Source: Phoronis australis
Lineage: Eukaryota; Animalia; Phoronida
DNA: 64,000 bases
NCBI GenBank assembly: GCA_002633005.1
Contig: NMRA01000481.1
Span: forward strand, 186,001 to 250,000
Direction: 5' to 3'
In this document: positions 25,376 to 38,423 of the stretch, one piece after another
Numbering within the stretch: position 1 is the stretch's first letter
Layout of the letters: the number at the start of each line of letters is the position of its first letter
Program-made: the position numbers and the translations under genes
The notes under the pieces: model-generated
The model's input: the letters and a program-made list of their open reading frames with translations, nothing else
Told to the model about the DNA's origin: nothing
Database searches by the model: none

Positions 25376-25403
25376 CAGTTTTCAGGCAGTTCTCCGTAGC
25401 CAT
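25376..25403 (-). CDS. CECR2: CECR2 candidate first coding exon (MATENCLKT)
   Basis: ATGG start followed by G|gtaag, a phase-1 donor matching the next acceptor. No homology support. Confidence 0.6.
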
Positions 25404-26041
25404 ATATAATGCTAATGGCGTATGTTTTACTTCCCCAAGTCTAAATTAGTATTGGTATAATACTAATAGAGATATGTTCTGAGTAATTGTTTGCAATATG
25501 ACGACATTGACCTACACACATGGTTTTGGTATCGTTCGATTCCTTGCAACGTTATCTTTCCAAAAATATATTAATGTATCCCCTACCGCATTTCATCCGT
25601 ATTTTATCGTCGAATTTCGGTTCGCACTATTTGCCAGTTGACACCACCATGTTAGCTCAACTCACGGTTACAGCGACACCTGTTGTTAATGAATGAAACA
25701 GCATCATCGATTCTGAATGGTGTTTGCCCGAGCAAGATTCCCGCTAAAGTTTTCCTGACAATATGGAGGAACAAGCAGCAGCATTTCACCTTTTCTAATG
25801 TTTTATAATTGTGACCATTTGACCATTTTTCTACGAAATTGTCTGAAGTGATATTCCTTTCACCAATTTGGATCTCAAAAATAACCTCTGCTTTTTTCGC
25901 GGATTCTTGGTAGCAGATGCATATCAGGGTCACCATGGGATCGAATTCGAACCCTTGGGACCATAACTCAGGTAGGGGATGGATGAGTCTCGATCAGTTT
26001 GCGACGGTCTGCAGAAGACGGTAGATTAGTTCAGTTTTTGA

Positions 26042-26140
26042 CCGCCAGGGGGCTCCTTCCGTTCAACATGGCGGTATTACCGCCGAGTACCAGGAAATAG
26101 TGCGAGACGAAATTTCACGATAAAATACTAAGGGAACGGG
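26042..26140 (+). promoter_or_regulatory. Probable promoter and first non-coding exon of the plus-strand gene (CTCF-like, ETS-like and YY1-like motifs)
   Basis: CCGCCAGGGGGCTC at 26042, CTTCCG at 26056, CAACATGGCGG at 26064, and a candidate donor G|GTAGGA at 26141. Locally CpG-rich. Confidence 0.5.
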
Positions 26141-29100
26141 GTAGGAAAAATTTCAGTTCATTTTTGGAAAGATAACTTTGCAAGGAATCTAACAATATCA
26201 AAATCATATGTTTCAATGACGTCATCTTGTAAACAATTACCATGTTCTGAAAGATGAAAATGCCGTAATCTTCTATGGTCGGGCTTGCCTTAGTTGCTGG
26301 TTGTGTATGCATTTGCCCGTAATTCGTGGCTCCACTAATTTCAAGAAAATCTTTACCTTGAACAACAAATTTTCTGTGATTGCTTTAGTAAATATAATTC
26401 CAAGTTCATGCATATGCGATCTTGAGATTAAGCATAATTGTAAGATAAAGCACAACATTTTTGCTTCTTAATGCACACACTCAGGGGGAGCCCTCCAATT
26501 TGGCGAACTGGGCAAAAAGGTGTGCCTCATAGAAACAAAAACTCTGAAAAAAGTAGAAAACAAGACAAAAGTCCGCTAAAAAGGCAGTAACTACCGAAAT
26601 TCGACTCCGAACGTACTCCATGAATCTTAGTAAAAGGTACTCATTCTCAAAAATTCGATTCCCCCATTTGTTAGGCTGGGTGCACGCATGTTCTTTCCCA
26701 TCACTTCAAAACCAAGCCAACTCTTACCCAGTTCTACTAACATATCTGCTTAATTTTCTTCTTCTAAATGACGCGTGACATCAAGTCGTACTTTACAAAA
26801 TAACTTAGTTTTGAAATACACTTTTGAAAATTGATTAGGGTGCAAGTTGACTTGGGTGCGGAGTAACATGTTTCCTTTCTGTTTGACCAAGTTAAGTGAC
26901 CTGGGTAAGCCATTACGGTTAAGAAATAAATCTAGATTTTTCATCAAAATGTCATGCGGTGAATTTGGTAGTGATGGAAAGCAGTACCGCAGTCTTTTTG
27001 ACTTTAAAACAATTTAAGAGGCACACAAGGTGTTTGATAAACGGATAGTGACTATTCACCCAACAAGTCGCCCAAATAAACAGATTTTTGCTATTCTTCT
27101 GACAAATTTTCAGCGATCTCATATGTGACGTAACAATCTTCTTGGCCAAATAGGCCAATTTTTGCTTTTAACCCGACAAATTTTATTTACATTAAACTGG
27201 CTTAGCAATACATTTTACCTTCAACAATGCGAGTCTTGCTCACTAGCAACACGCATGTTTATGTTGGCTCAAAGTAACAACTACGGAAAATCATGAGATT
27301 CCTAGGGATACCAGTTGGGGCCCTTCTCCACTCATCATCACGTTTAACGTTTATCCTTTAAGAGAAGATACTGGGAATCTCAATGACATGGCATAGCCAA
27401 ATTGCACATCTGAAACAATACCTAATACAGCAAGATGTCCATCAAACTTTTTAAGTTTGAAACGCGACTTGCTCAGGACTCTCAACTCTCTTCCCTGGCC
27501 AAGTAGCCCCCCCCCCACCATAAATTTCCGTGGACTTTGCCATCTTGTGGCCAAATCGACACTTGGCGTCAAGCGTAATGTGTTTTCTAATCTGTAGCTA
27601 GCTCTATGGTTCGGCTTAAAAATATTTAGTTTTGTTCCCCTATAGTCTCGGGCCTTTGACAATGTTGGCCAATGAGAGCTGATATGTTTTTCTGTTAAAT
27701 AGCAAAAATCTGATTATTGGTCCGTCGAGCTTGTGACGTTATGTTGGAAAGTTTGTTGAGTGAATGTTAAATATCTGATTATTTGGCCGACAAACTGTGA
27801 TGTCACAAATATCTAACAACGAGATTATATAGGGCTTTGTTGGGTTAATAACAAATATCAGCTTGTTTTGCCGACCCGTATAACAAAAATTAGTTTATTT
27901 AGCCAACTTGTTGGGTTCAGTGATTAGCGTTGACCTTGATGAGTACGCGATACAAGGTGTAGTAGAGCCAGCATCATTTGCAGATGACTACAGGCAACAC
28001 ACCACAATGCCACCATAAAATGTTTTATCAATAGTACAAATGATTTGATTGAAAACAGTTTGGAACTATGACAATAAGTATTCCCTAATGCTAGTATTGT
28101 TTTTTCGGTTAACTTCATCCTCATGAAAAAATGTGTTATTATGTTCTCGTGCTTTATATCTTTCATACTAAGCACATCTGAAATTCATCACCATGGCAAC
28201 CATTCCTCATGACCTGGAATGTTACACAACCCCTCCTCCCCCGAACAAGATGTATTTGTTCTTCTCTTTAGGATTTTGCCAGTCGTTTTCAGTTGGGAAT
28301 TTTTCACTTATTTTGCATAAAATAATTGCTAAAACTCTCATTTTTAAAAGACTGATTGTCTTTTTATTAATTGTTAACTTTTGCCATATGCTATTTTATG
28401 ACATTTACATAGTACTAGCCAAGCTAATCATAGATTACGGTTTACTTATAATAATTTTCACTTCTCTGCGATATTGTATACTAATTAAGTGGTGAATGAG
28501 GAACAGTGTTTACGTCTGTTGTCAGAAATTAAGTTCTAAGCAAACACGAAAGCAAAGGTTGACCATATCCCATTTCTTAGAGTTATAAGAAAATTCAAGC
28601 AGATTTGATAACGTCAGTCCAGCTTTGACACTGATTGAAATGAAAATGTTTTAATGTATTTGTCAAGTCCATTTTGTTGGATTCAGGAAAACTTAAGAGA
28701 TCTGCTTATAGGAGATGTTGAAATGTGTCAAATACTGGTTTAGCCAGGAGTTGTTGAAACTGTACCTAAACCCTGCTGTTAGATAGCAGGTTTGAGTCAC
28801 TGCCAAATCAAAATGTTTGTTATGTCTACCGTTTATATTTGCTACACGAATTTTTGATCTGGAACCATTTTATGACAAAGGTCGTCAGCCCAGTTGTAAC
28901 TTTGGTAGTCATCACATTACTGTAAACCGAATGGTGCAATGTTAAGAAGTGCTAAAACATCACAACTAATGTAAAGTTTACAATTTTCGTATTCAGACCC
29001 AGTGACTGTTCATGAGGCATGTTCATGAACTATGTGCAAGTTTATAGTGGAGTTCCGACCATCTCGGCAAAGACTGGACTAGCGACCTGTGATAATAAGG

Positions 29101-30012
29101 GTTTCGGAACATATTAATGTTTGCGTGTATTAATGCATGTTTTTGGGTCATAGGTTGTACGCATCCAAATGTGTCCTTGTTTGCTCAGAGTCAGTGATAA
29201 ATTGGGTAGAACTTCTCCAATTTCGTGTGCAAAAATGACGCGAAACTGAAATTTTAATTTGTGAAATTACGCAACCAGTCTCAGGAAGTTTTTGTTCATT
29301 TTTTGCATGAGCTGTTGTCAAACAATACAGACAGTGTACGTAACTGTTCATTTTAATTAGCCATAGAGATGGAAAAACTAGAAGGTGGTGAAATTTGATA
29401 TCCTGACAGACATTACCTGTATGTTTGTTTGAGTGTTAAACAAATTTTGCCTAGTCTGTTGCCAAACAATTGTATCTTGAATAATATGGGTAACAGGTGG
29501 GCAGTTTGTACTTAAGCAGTGTTGCTTTTGTATTATGTAAGTAATATATTATGGACATATTTAAGGACCTACTCGCATATTTAATGATCTCATGACAGGC
29601 AGATAAGGATTGCGAAAGTAAGAAAGCTGTTGTAAATAAGTGGAGAGAAAATACCAGATATTTTTTTGCATTCCATTTTGCTTTAGTCAGAAATACTGTT
29701 CATCATTTTAAAATGTCATGACCTTATTTGTTCCTTTTCGTGGTGACTTTAGAGTTGTGTTCAGATGGACAGTTACCACAGAACCAAGATAATCTGGCGC
29801 AAGCGAAGGTGTTGACAAAAATTCACTTGATACACCTGTGTGCCAACTTGACCTAGCTCTAAGGAAAGGCAAGAGCTCACATAACCTGCAGCTGCAGCAT
29901 CACTTCTGAAGATAAGGTGGTTATCTCTCTATAGGTTAACCTTGTGATATCATTTCCAAAATGACACTGTCAGGTGGAATGTGTAGGACTCTCGGGTTTT
30001 TGGGGGACAAGT

Positions 30013-30441
30013 GCCCGGTTGCATGGAACAGTCCCAAATAGGGACTCAACTAAGGTCTCTAAGTATTTTTGCGTATTTGTGTGTTCATGGACTCACAGGT
30101 GCATTATATTTTTATCGTTTCCTCTTTATTATGAGCTCTTTGATTAAATACATTTTCTAATAATATAACTAAAAACTGAGCCCAGAGTTCATTGAAAATA
30201 AATAGGGACTCAGTCCTTAAATTGAGGGTGTTGCATGAAAAGATTCCTACTTATTTTCGATATTACTGACAATTTAACGTAGAGTTCACTCTCAATTTGT
30301 ATCAAAATCAAAAGTTGATTTGGTAATGAACCTAAAACAATACATGAAAGAGCAATCGATGTTTTCACAAGTCCAATAATACGCAGTAGATTTAGGGAAC
30401 TTAGTCAAGTCCCCATATGGAACTGTTTCATGTAACTGGGC
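30013..30441. mobile_element. MITE with ~34-bp terminal inverted repeats (PIF/Harbinger-like ends)
   Basis: Left GCCCGGTTGCATGGAACAGTCCCAAATAGGGACT; right reverse complement GCCCAGTTACATGAAACAGTTCCATATGGGGACT. Confidence 0.75.
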
Positions 30442-32146
30442 TCTGGTGCCCCGTAGGTCAGCTGACATCATACCAACCTATCTGTCTACAGTTTCAGTTT
30501 TCCAGGAAATTGTTTTTGTGTCTTTGAAATGGTATAACAACTGATAACATAGAGATACTTTAACATTAAAATTGTAAAATGCAATACAATTGATAAGATT
30601 GTTCATTTTATATTTAATTCATTGTCTGGGACTGTGTGTTAGAAACCTGATGTCTAGGGTTAACCAGCGTATTTAGTCACATGTAAAATGAAAGCTATCC
30701 TGGTCATGACATTTGATATTGATCATCGTAGACTCCTTCAACTACCTGTTAAACTTAATAATTCCTAATTCTGAAAATACCTGTAACACAATCAAAAAAT
30801 CAGGAGGCATTGTTTAAGCTGAGGATAGTTATTTTCTTTATTTAAAACTCAATTTTTCAGGTGTTAAGAATAAGATTCAATGATATTATAATGTAAATGA
30901 GTCGTGTATCGCATTAAGTGTGCAGTTAACGGTCATTGAAAACTTGTTGTTTTTAAAGAATCCTGGGCATTAACCCAAGCGTATACGGTTTTTTGAAATA
31001 ATTCATTACTTTGTTTTCTACTGTTTTAGTGCTGGTGTCCACATTTCTCTTGAAGGTCGCGTGTTTTCCATTCTTGTAGGGACCTGAGGTTCTCGATTTT
31101 GTCAATTAAGGTTCAACTTTGATCTAAGTTTTATAATGCCCAGTGAGCGGTGATTTATACAGAGAACTGTGACCTAACAGTTGTGATGGTATTACTGTGT
31201 ACATCTCTGTTAATGACTGTTGATTCAGAACTCACAGAACTCAAATAGCTGAGTATAACTACCGTAGATAAACTTATTCATGTGGGCTTGTCATTGATTT
31301 TTACCTGTACGCTGAATAGGTTGTGTTGGTGCTCAGGTGCACTCACATCGCGTGCTTTAGGTTGACCTGTATGACAGAATGTCACATTTGACGTAGAATC
31401 GTCATGTGACAGCTGTGCACTGCTAGGCCAAGCAGTGAATGGGTCACTTATTTATGACTGTATGACTTGGTCAGATTGAAACACTCCTGCAAAGAGTACC
31501 CGGGGTGACAAACTCATGTCTGTATGTGAATAAAGGGTATGTGGGGTGAAAATTTGTGTCTGTACATGCGTCTACCTAGCCAGATTTCTGTCCAGGTGTG
31601 AACCTACAAAACATTACAAAAACGTATTTTCCTATTTTTTCTTTCATCGCAAAAACCATCTGCTATTTTACTCGATTGGATGTACGATAACACCTCAGTC
31701 GTAGTAATGCCGTGCCTTCTGTTGAAAATAAGTTTTATTTTAGTTCACTTAACGCAATTAATTTGGTCTCGAGTTATTCATTAGTCAGAATATTTGTGTT
31801 TTCTAGGCTTAAAAAATTACATTTCACTTTTTTATGGTGAGTGGCATCAATCAAAACGTGTTTTTGACAGCAAGTGCTGGTTGAATGCTGCTTAAAATTC
31901 TTATTCTTTGTATTTAGTGTTGTCTGTTACATTGTCGTCTGCTTTCTTGGGAACTGTTTTATCACGAAGAAGCGTGAATGGCTGTGTGTCTAATTGTTTG
32001 CGATGGAGTTTGACCTAGAATTCTTGTGATGGTGGCCGTACAGATTTGGAATGGTCCGTATCTGTTGGACGACTTTAAAGTCACTGAATTCAGTAATCCA
32101 TCCTGGCTAGATTAAGCAAAGTAAAAAGTATGCAACCTTTTTCTAT

Positions 32147-32560
32147 CTTGTCCAATATTATTCAGTTTTGGTCAATATTATTCAATCTTGACCAATACTA
32201 TTCACTCTTGGCAAATACTATTTAATCTTAACCAATATTATTTAATCATAGCCAATACTATTCAATCTTGACCAATATTATGCAATCTTGCTTGGCCAAT
32301 ATTCAGTCTTGGCCAATATTCAATCTTGGCCGATATTATTCAATCTTAGCCAATATTTTTGTTCCTACCCAGGGCAAAGTTCTACATGAAGCTTGTTTCA
32401 CGACAGGCATCTTTGTTTTTAAGAGGCAAGGTTTTCCAAGCTTGGAATTTATTTCGTTTCCAAAAAGGGACTGACTCTGTAAGCTTTTTCAAGAGTTTTT
32501 GATTTGTGCCAACACCCTACTCATCATCATGTAAAAAAAAGTATCAAATAAGTTGACGCC
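32147..32560 (+). repeat. Dispersed repeat family (copy 3) with an expanded ~21-bp minisatellite (~10 units, 32147-32356)
   Basis: Units of CTTG(A/G)CCAATA(T/C)TATTCAAT followed by the family body. Confidence 0.85.
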
Positions 32561-35500
32561 CTGTTGAGTTAGTCGGTGAAATACAGCTTGTCTCCACTTT
32601 TTTATCCACAAAAGTAATTGTTGTTTTCCATTTTTCAAAGGCTGATTACTTTACTGCACATAACGGAAAATTTACCAAAACTTGTTTAATGGCATTGTCA
32701 CAGTACCTCCTTGCTAGTGTTAGTTTTATGGAAACAAGTGACATAGAATTTCATTGTCTACCATACTGTGTGCTAAATAGTGATGAATTACCATAGTGTG
32801 CATCGGATTCAACCTGCAGTCCTGGGTATACTAGAATTCAGTAGCTGTCTTGCGGCGAGAAAAATTTGGTCAAAAGGACCTGTTCTCATTTAAAATACAC
32901 TACAGTGTCTCATGTAATCTCCTAAAGTCTTAGTTTTTGTGGAGGTCTTAGTGTATAGGCCCTGGTGTTACTGACCTCTACCCTGTCATCTTGTCTGGTC
33001 ATTTCATGTATCTAGCCATGTGGTTGTCATGGAGGTTGCCAGTGACCTCATTGACAAGGTTATGCAATCACACTCAGGGGTACCTTACATCTGTACATGT
33101 CCTATCTCATCCAGCCATTCTGTCTTTTCCCATGCACTGTTTGACGTTTCCCCGGCACACTACCTATACCTGTAAGGTGATTTTTCTTTGCAGTCTAGGC
33201 CATATTTGGCAATGAGATTGTTACGTTGGGTTGGAACATTTGTTTACTCCTGTTAGAACTGTTTTGTAATGATTTTGTGCTTGTGATCAGAAATTTAATT
33301 CAAGTTGAGAGGTATAAGGCGAGTTGACTTTCTGAGGCCCTTTCAGTTGATGTGAACACTTTGGTGGTCACTGTTTAGGAGTCTGGTGGTCTTAGATCAA
33401 AATATTGAATCATCGCCGTCGTGGATCATGCCTCTCTTCGGTGTTATCGCACTTATTGGAATATGCCGCTGTCAGCAACGGAAGTTGTTGCGTTAAAAAT
33501 TAGCAAATATTTTCTTCTAGAGTATTCGCCAGTGCACTTCTATGCACTTCGTTTCTGTTATTATCTGAATATGTGCTTGACTCTTAAGAGTTGAAGAAAG
33601 TTATGTAAAATTGCAGGGTTGCTTTGCAACAACACACTTGGCTGAACCTGGCATAACTAGGCAATGACTCTAATGTAGGTTTAGTACCAAAGCTAATGGG
33701 AAACCTCAAGATAACTTTGCTGTTTATGTCAGTCCACCTCTAAAAGTGTATTTTACTCCACAGATAGAGGCATTTAGTTTTATATGACTCCAGAGTGATG
33801 ATGCTGATGGTATTCTTGTAAACCTGCTAAACTGAAGCTTGTTCTACACAACTTGTTTTAATTGACATTTTTTCCCAGTTCAAGCCTTAGACAACACTTG
33901 TTAGACAAAATATGGGCTCGGTGCCAAGATTAAAAAATCCCTCTATCCGGTAAACAACTTCATTTTAGGAGTGTGATTTTTGATGCCATCGTTCTGCTAC
34001 AGAGTGCCGTTGTTTTTATTTTATTTTTTGCTTGTGCTATAACAGGGCTGGTCACTTAGCATTATGTCAACTCGCCAAATGCCGAAATTACCAGGTCAGC
34101 AAATGGGAACTAAGGTGGCCAAAACGAGGAAAGCTGTTTCGGGGCCTCTAATGAATACTGCATATCATAATTGGCAAGAGTTGAAAACATAATAAGTGAG
34201 ATAACTGCAGTTCAAAATGGGTGAAAATGTCTGACAATGTGCTTCAATTCGTCTGAATGTCATTTTCTTTTTTAGCCGTTTTCTGTACTAGGTGACCACC
34301 AATTTCCTCTTCTCAGATCCAATGTCCTGTACAAACTCACCTCCTCAGGTAAATACTGACGGTGGGCACACATTATCTGTGACTGACTCGTAAAAGGGCC
34401 CTTCCGATTTTCGCCAAATGCTTCCAACCCCCGTTTGTTTTCTTTCCTGTAGTATTTTGAGTGCATACTCGACTATGTTCGTGGCGACTTCGTGGAAACC
34501 TGGGATTTTTGCTTGGTAGCCATACAAAAACAGGTCTCATTGTCGGACTAATGATTTTACTAAAAGGTCTTGCAGGCATATCAAAATTTCGTTATTTTCT
34601 ATAATCTTGGTTTGTGGAGACTTGAACTTGTATGTATTCCAGCACTCAACATCAGCTTTTTCTATAACTTGTCCAGTTGGACTAGTAGATACGGTCGGGT
34701 TATGTAGGTTTCCTGGTCTATAATTTATTTGTCTTCACCATCAACTTTAGATAGTTAAAATTTGTTTCTCGTTACAACAACTGTAACAACGTTCTCATTT
34801 TCGAAATTAGAAAAACCTTTGTCCATACTGGAGCCACATATTTCCATACATCATCCAAACCTGTAAAGAGTGGAAATTGTAACAAAATGAAACAATTGAG
34901 CTACAGCTTTTCATTAGACACGGAAATTGAGTATTTTCAGCTGTGTTATATTCATGCGTATTAAAGTCGAATAACTTTGCACGAACTATCGAAAAATTAA
35001 TCAGATGTAAAAAGACATTCATTGAAGGGTTATTTTTTGCCCACGAATTTCCTTGTTTTTGTCAAGCTATGCACACGTTTCAATTTCGAACATATTGTTT
35101 CTACGTTCTCTCTTCAAAACAATTGAGTTTGTGCACAAAACCGAATCTTTCAGCAACTCACAGTAAATAGTGTCTTCCGTCACAGCCAGAGTACAGGTGC
35201 ATTCCTCCTCAACACGGGGTGGCTTTACGACTAGGCCAGTTGTAGCCCACTGCGCACTCGTTCACTATATAACCCTGGTATGCGTTAAGATTTCTAACTA
35301 TGCTGCATGTCCACTCAGGCTGCGAGAAGCTTTACTTGTGTTAGGCTTTGCATTTTCTAGTTTGTAGTAAATGGAGTATGATCCTAAGTGGAGTGTATGG
35401 AATATTGTTTCAAGGAATATAGCCATCACACAGCAGTTTCATAGCTGATCAAAGGGATGCTCATCCTTCACATCACCACGTCAAGAAATGTCCCTTCGAA

Positions 35501-38148
35501 GAGAGCGCAACAATGTTTGATGTCGCATTTTGTAAAAGTGCTGAACTCTAATTATCTTTTAGATCTATTTTTTTGTGCTAATTACTGCTACCCTTGCCTG
35601 TGTTTGCTGTGCAAGGTACAATAAAGGGGAGGTGAGCGAGAGGTTGAGCCTTAAGACCTGCTTCTTGGTTCTGCATTCACTAATGTAGAAATAGCACAAT
35701 GCCCTCCTGGCTGTTGAACAGGATCTGTTCCAGTTGTTGTGTTTGACAGGTTAAAGCCTTTTTATGTCCTCAGGTATTTATATGTGGACACATTATGTTG
35801 GGTTATATACAGGTCTTTTCATTGTTAGGGTACATATATACCATAGTATACTCACCTGATCTTTGAGATAACTGGACTTAACATTTTTGTTAGAGCCAAA
35901 CAGGTAATATCAAATTCTTTTGTTAGGATGCGGGGGCTTGTAGTTTTTCTCTTTCAAGAAGATTTCCTCTTTTCTTGATTTTCTTTTATTTAAAAGGATA
36001 CCAAACCTGGTTTTGGCCTAATTAACAGGTACTAAAAATGATTTTCTCCGTCCAGTTCTCTGGAACAAAATAATGGTCTGTAACTCTTGACAACCTTTAA
36101 AAGTTTGGAGGAAAATTGAAAACTCCTTTTAAAGTCTGCTAAACAGACAAGCTGTGACCTAACACATTTAGGGAATTAGATGGCCGTCTGAGAAAAGACC
36201 ACCCACCAAGGACTATAATGTCCAATTTAAGAGAATGAGGCTATGAGTTTTTAGTTGATTCTTGCTTTTATGTTTCACAACTGAGAATTGGCTAATATCA
36301 TCAAAGCAGTTTCTTCTCGTTTCATCGCTTTTTCATTATTTTGAATTTTTCATGCAAAATGCGTTTCTTCATGATAAATTTTACAAAGCAAAATTATTAC
36401 TATCACTTGACTTTATTTTTAGAACCATGCATGACCTGGAAAATTTTACTCTTTTTTGTCGTTGGTCATTACAAGCCGTGAGACTAGGTAGTGTGAATGA
36501 CTCACTCAGATATCGTTGCCATTGATTTGACCAAGAGTTACGTCCCATATTTGACAGACTGACGGGGAAAACAAGTCTGACAAGGCTGAACATTTTTAAA
36601 TTTCGTCAAAATTTGCACGGAGTTAAAATGGTTAGAAACTGTCACTAAACCACCGTGACATAGGGTTATAACGGCGCTGTAGTTATAACGTTTAAAACTG
36701 GTAGTGTTCAGACCGAGAGTTACAGCATTTAAATCAGTTTTAAAAGGTATAACCACTTTGGTGTGAACATTATATTAGAGTTAGGGTGGTAATTCCTCGT
36801 AATCCTGTCAACACCTGTAACCACAATACGTTTTTATATGCACCCACATATTTATGTATTTGAAACTCATCTCGAAAATTGACCAACTGCATGTCGCTAT
36901 CTGTGTAAATCATGGCGTGTGGTTTCAGAATATCGTAACTACATGCAGTCTACTGTGAACGTTTTATAATATAATAATCGGCTTACGAGAAAAGTTTTTA
37001 TTTGCATTTCTCGTGGTTGCTCCCTATTTTCTGTTTCTGCAAAATGTAATTGCTGCTGAGAAATGCTCTTCCAAAAACATGGCCGAGAAAGAGATTTATG
37101 TAAAAGAATTGATGTAAACTGAGCGCTGTATTCCTTCAAAAAAAATAATTGCATATTATCATAACCAACACTAGAGATCTGCGATCCCAGCAAGCTACAG
37201 TCAGGAGAAGTCAAGCTCCAGGAATCTCTTAAGGCAAAACGTACGAGAAGAGAGATACTTCTGGAGTCAGAACAAACTCATGTTGCGAACCTGCAGGAGT
37301 AGACAACCAACACCAAACCAAGGCGCAAATCCATAGTCCTGAGAACTGAGGGAGGCCTACTACAATTGTCTTAACCAACAGACTCCCCTCTTGTTGAGAA
37401 TTCATTTGAATTACAATTGAAGCTAATGTATGCTCTGTTTTATGGACAATCCATTTTATTCATATCTGACATTACATTGAGTCACATGATTGGGTGTTTT
37501 TATTAAAATGTAGCAAAAAGAAAGGAACATCAGTAGCAGAACGAATGTAGGCTACTATATGGCTGACGAACAAATTTTGATTTTTTCATTCTTTCATAAA
37601 AACTAAGTATGTTAATTCTCTTATTTCGCACAAAATAAATGTATTTTCCAGGTAACTGTGGTGTGCCAAATAAACAGACTTTGTAGTTGATTTGAAATTG
37701 ACTGAGTAACCAAGCACCGCCAAGTGCATTAATGAAATGCTGCCCACCGGTTGCCAACGTGATCCAATTAACAGTTATTAAGTTACTTTATTCTATTCCA
37801 ACATAAAACCACTTTACCCCATTGTTGTTATTGCTGAAGCACTCTTTTCAGTTACACACACACTCACCCAGGCCACCCTCTTTCACCATATGTAAATAAC
37901 AGCACGAGATATCCAGTATATATGGAGGAATTGAGTGGTGAACATACAATGTTCAGGCCTTATTTACACATAGCAAGAAATGTGTTTTTCCTAGGGCCTG
38001 GAATTAGTGACAGGGATTTGTGTTGGCATTTTCCAAAGTGCAAAACTAACTTTGTGTGAATAAGGAGAGGCAAAACATTCTATCGAGTAGCTTAATGCGA
38101 ATGGGGCTTTTCGATGTGGTGTCGCTGCTGTACTAGTGGTAATTGAAT

Positions 38149-38423
38149 TGCGCATGCGTCTCTGTCTGCATGTAAACAGCTGGTAAAAAGACGGAATTGT
38201 TATCAAAATACGTCGTCGCGCTAAGCCTTATTATTGCTATTTTCCCGGGTGCAAATCTTCGACGGGTGGTCACAAATTCCCAAAGAACTAAGGTTACTAC
38301 AGGCGTGGAGAATTGCTGTCAAAAGGGTCACCCGAGTGACAAAAAGTGTGGATGCCAAAGCCTCACGCCCCGTGTTTGTGCTCTATGCATTTCCATTTAG
38401 AGACTACATAATCACGTTACTTG
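38149..38423 (+). promoter_or_regulatory. Candidate alternative promoter and non-coding exon
   Basis: NRF1-like TGCGCATGCG at 38149, a CpG-richer segment, and a strong donor TTG|GTAAGT at 38424. Confidence 0.35.

Noticed and set aside
25935-25962. tRNA gene (B-box-like GGTTCGAATTC on the minus strand)
   Set aside because: No cloverleaf or correctly spaced A-box could be built.
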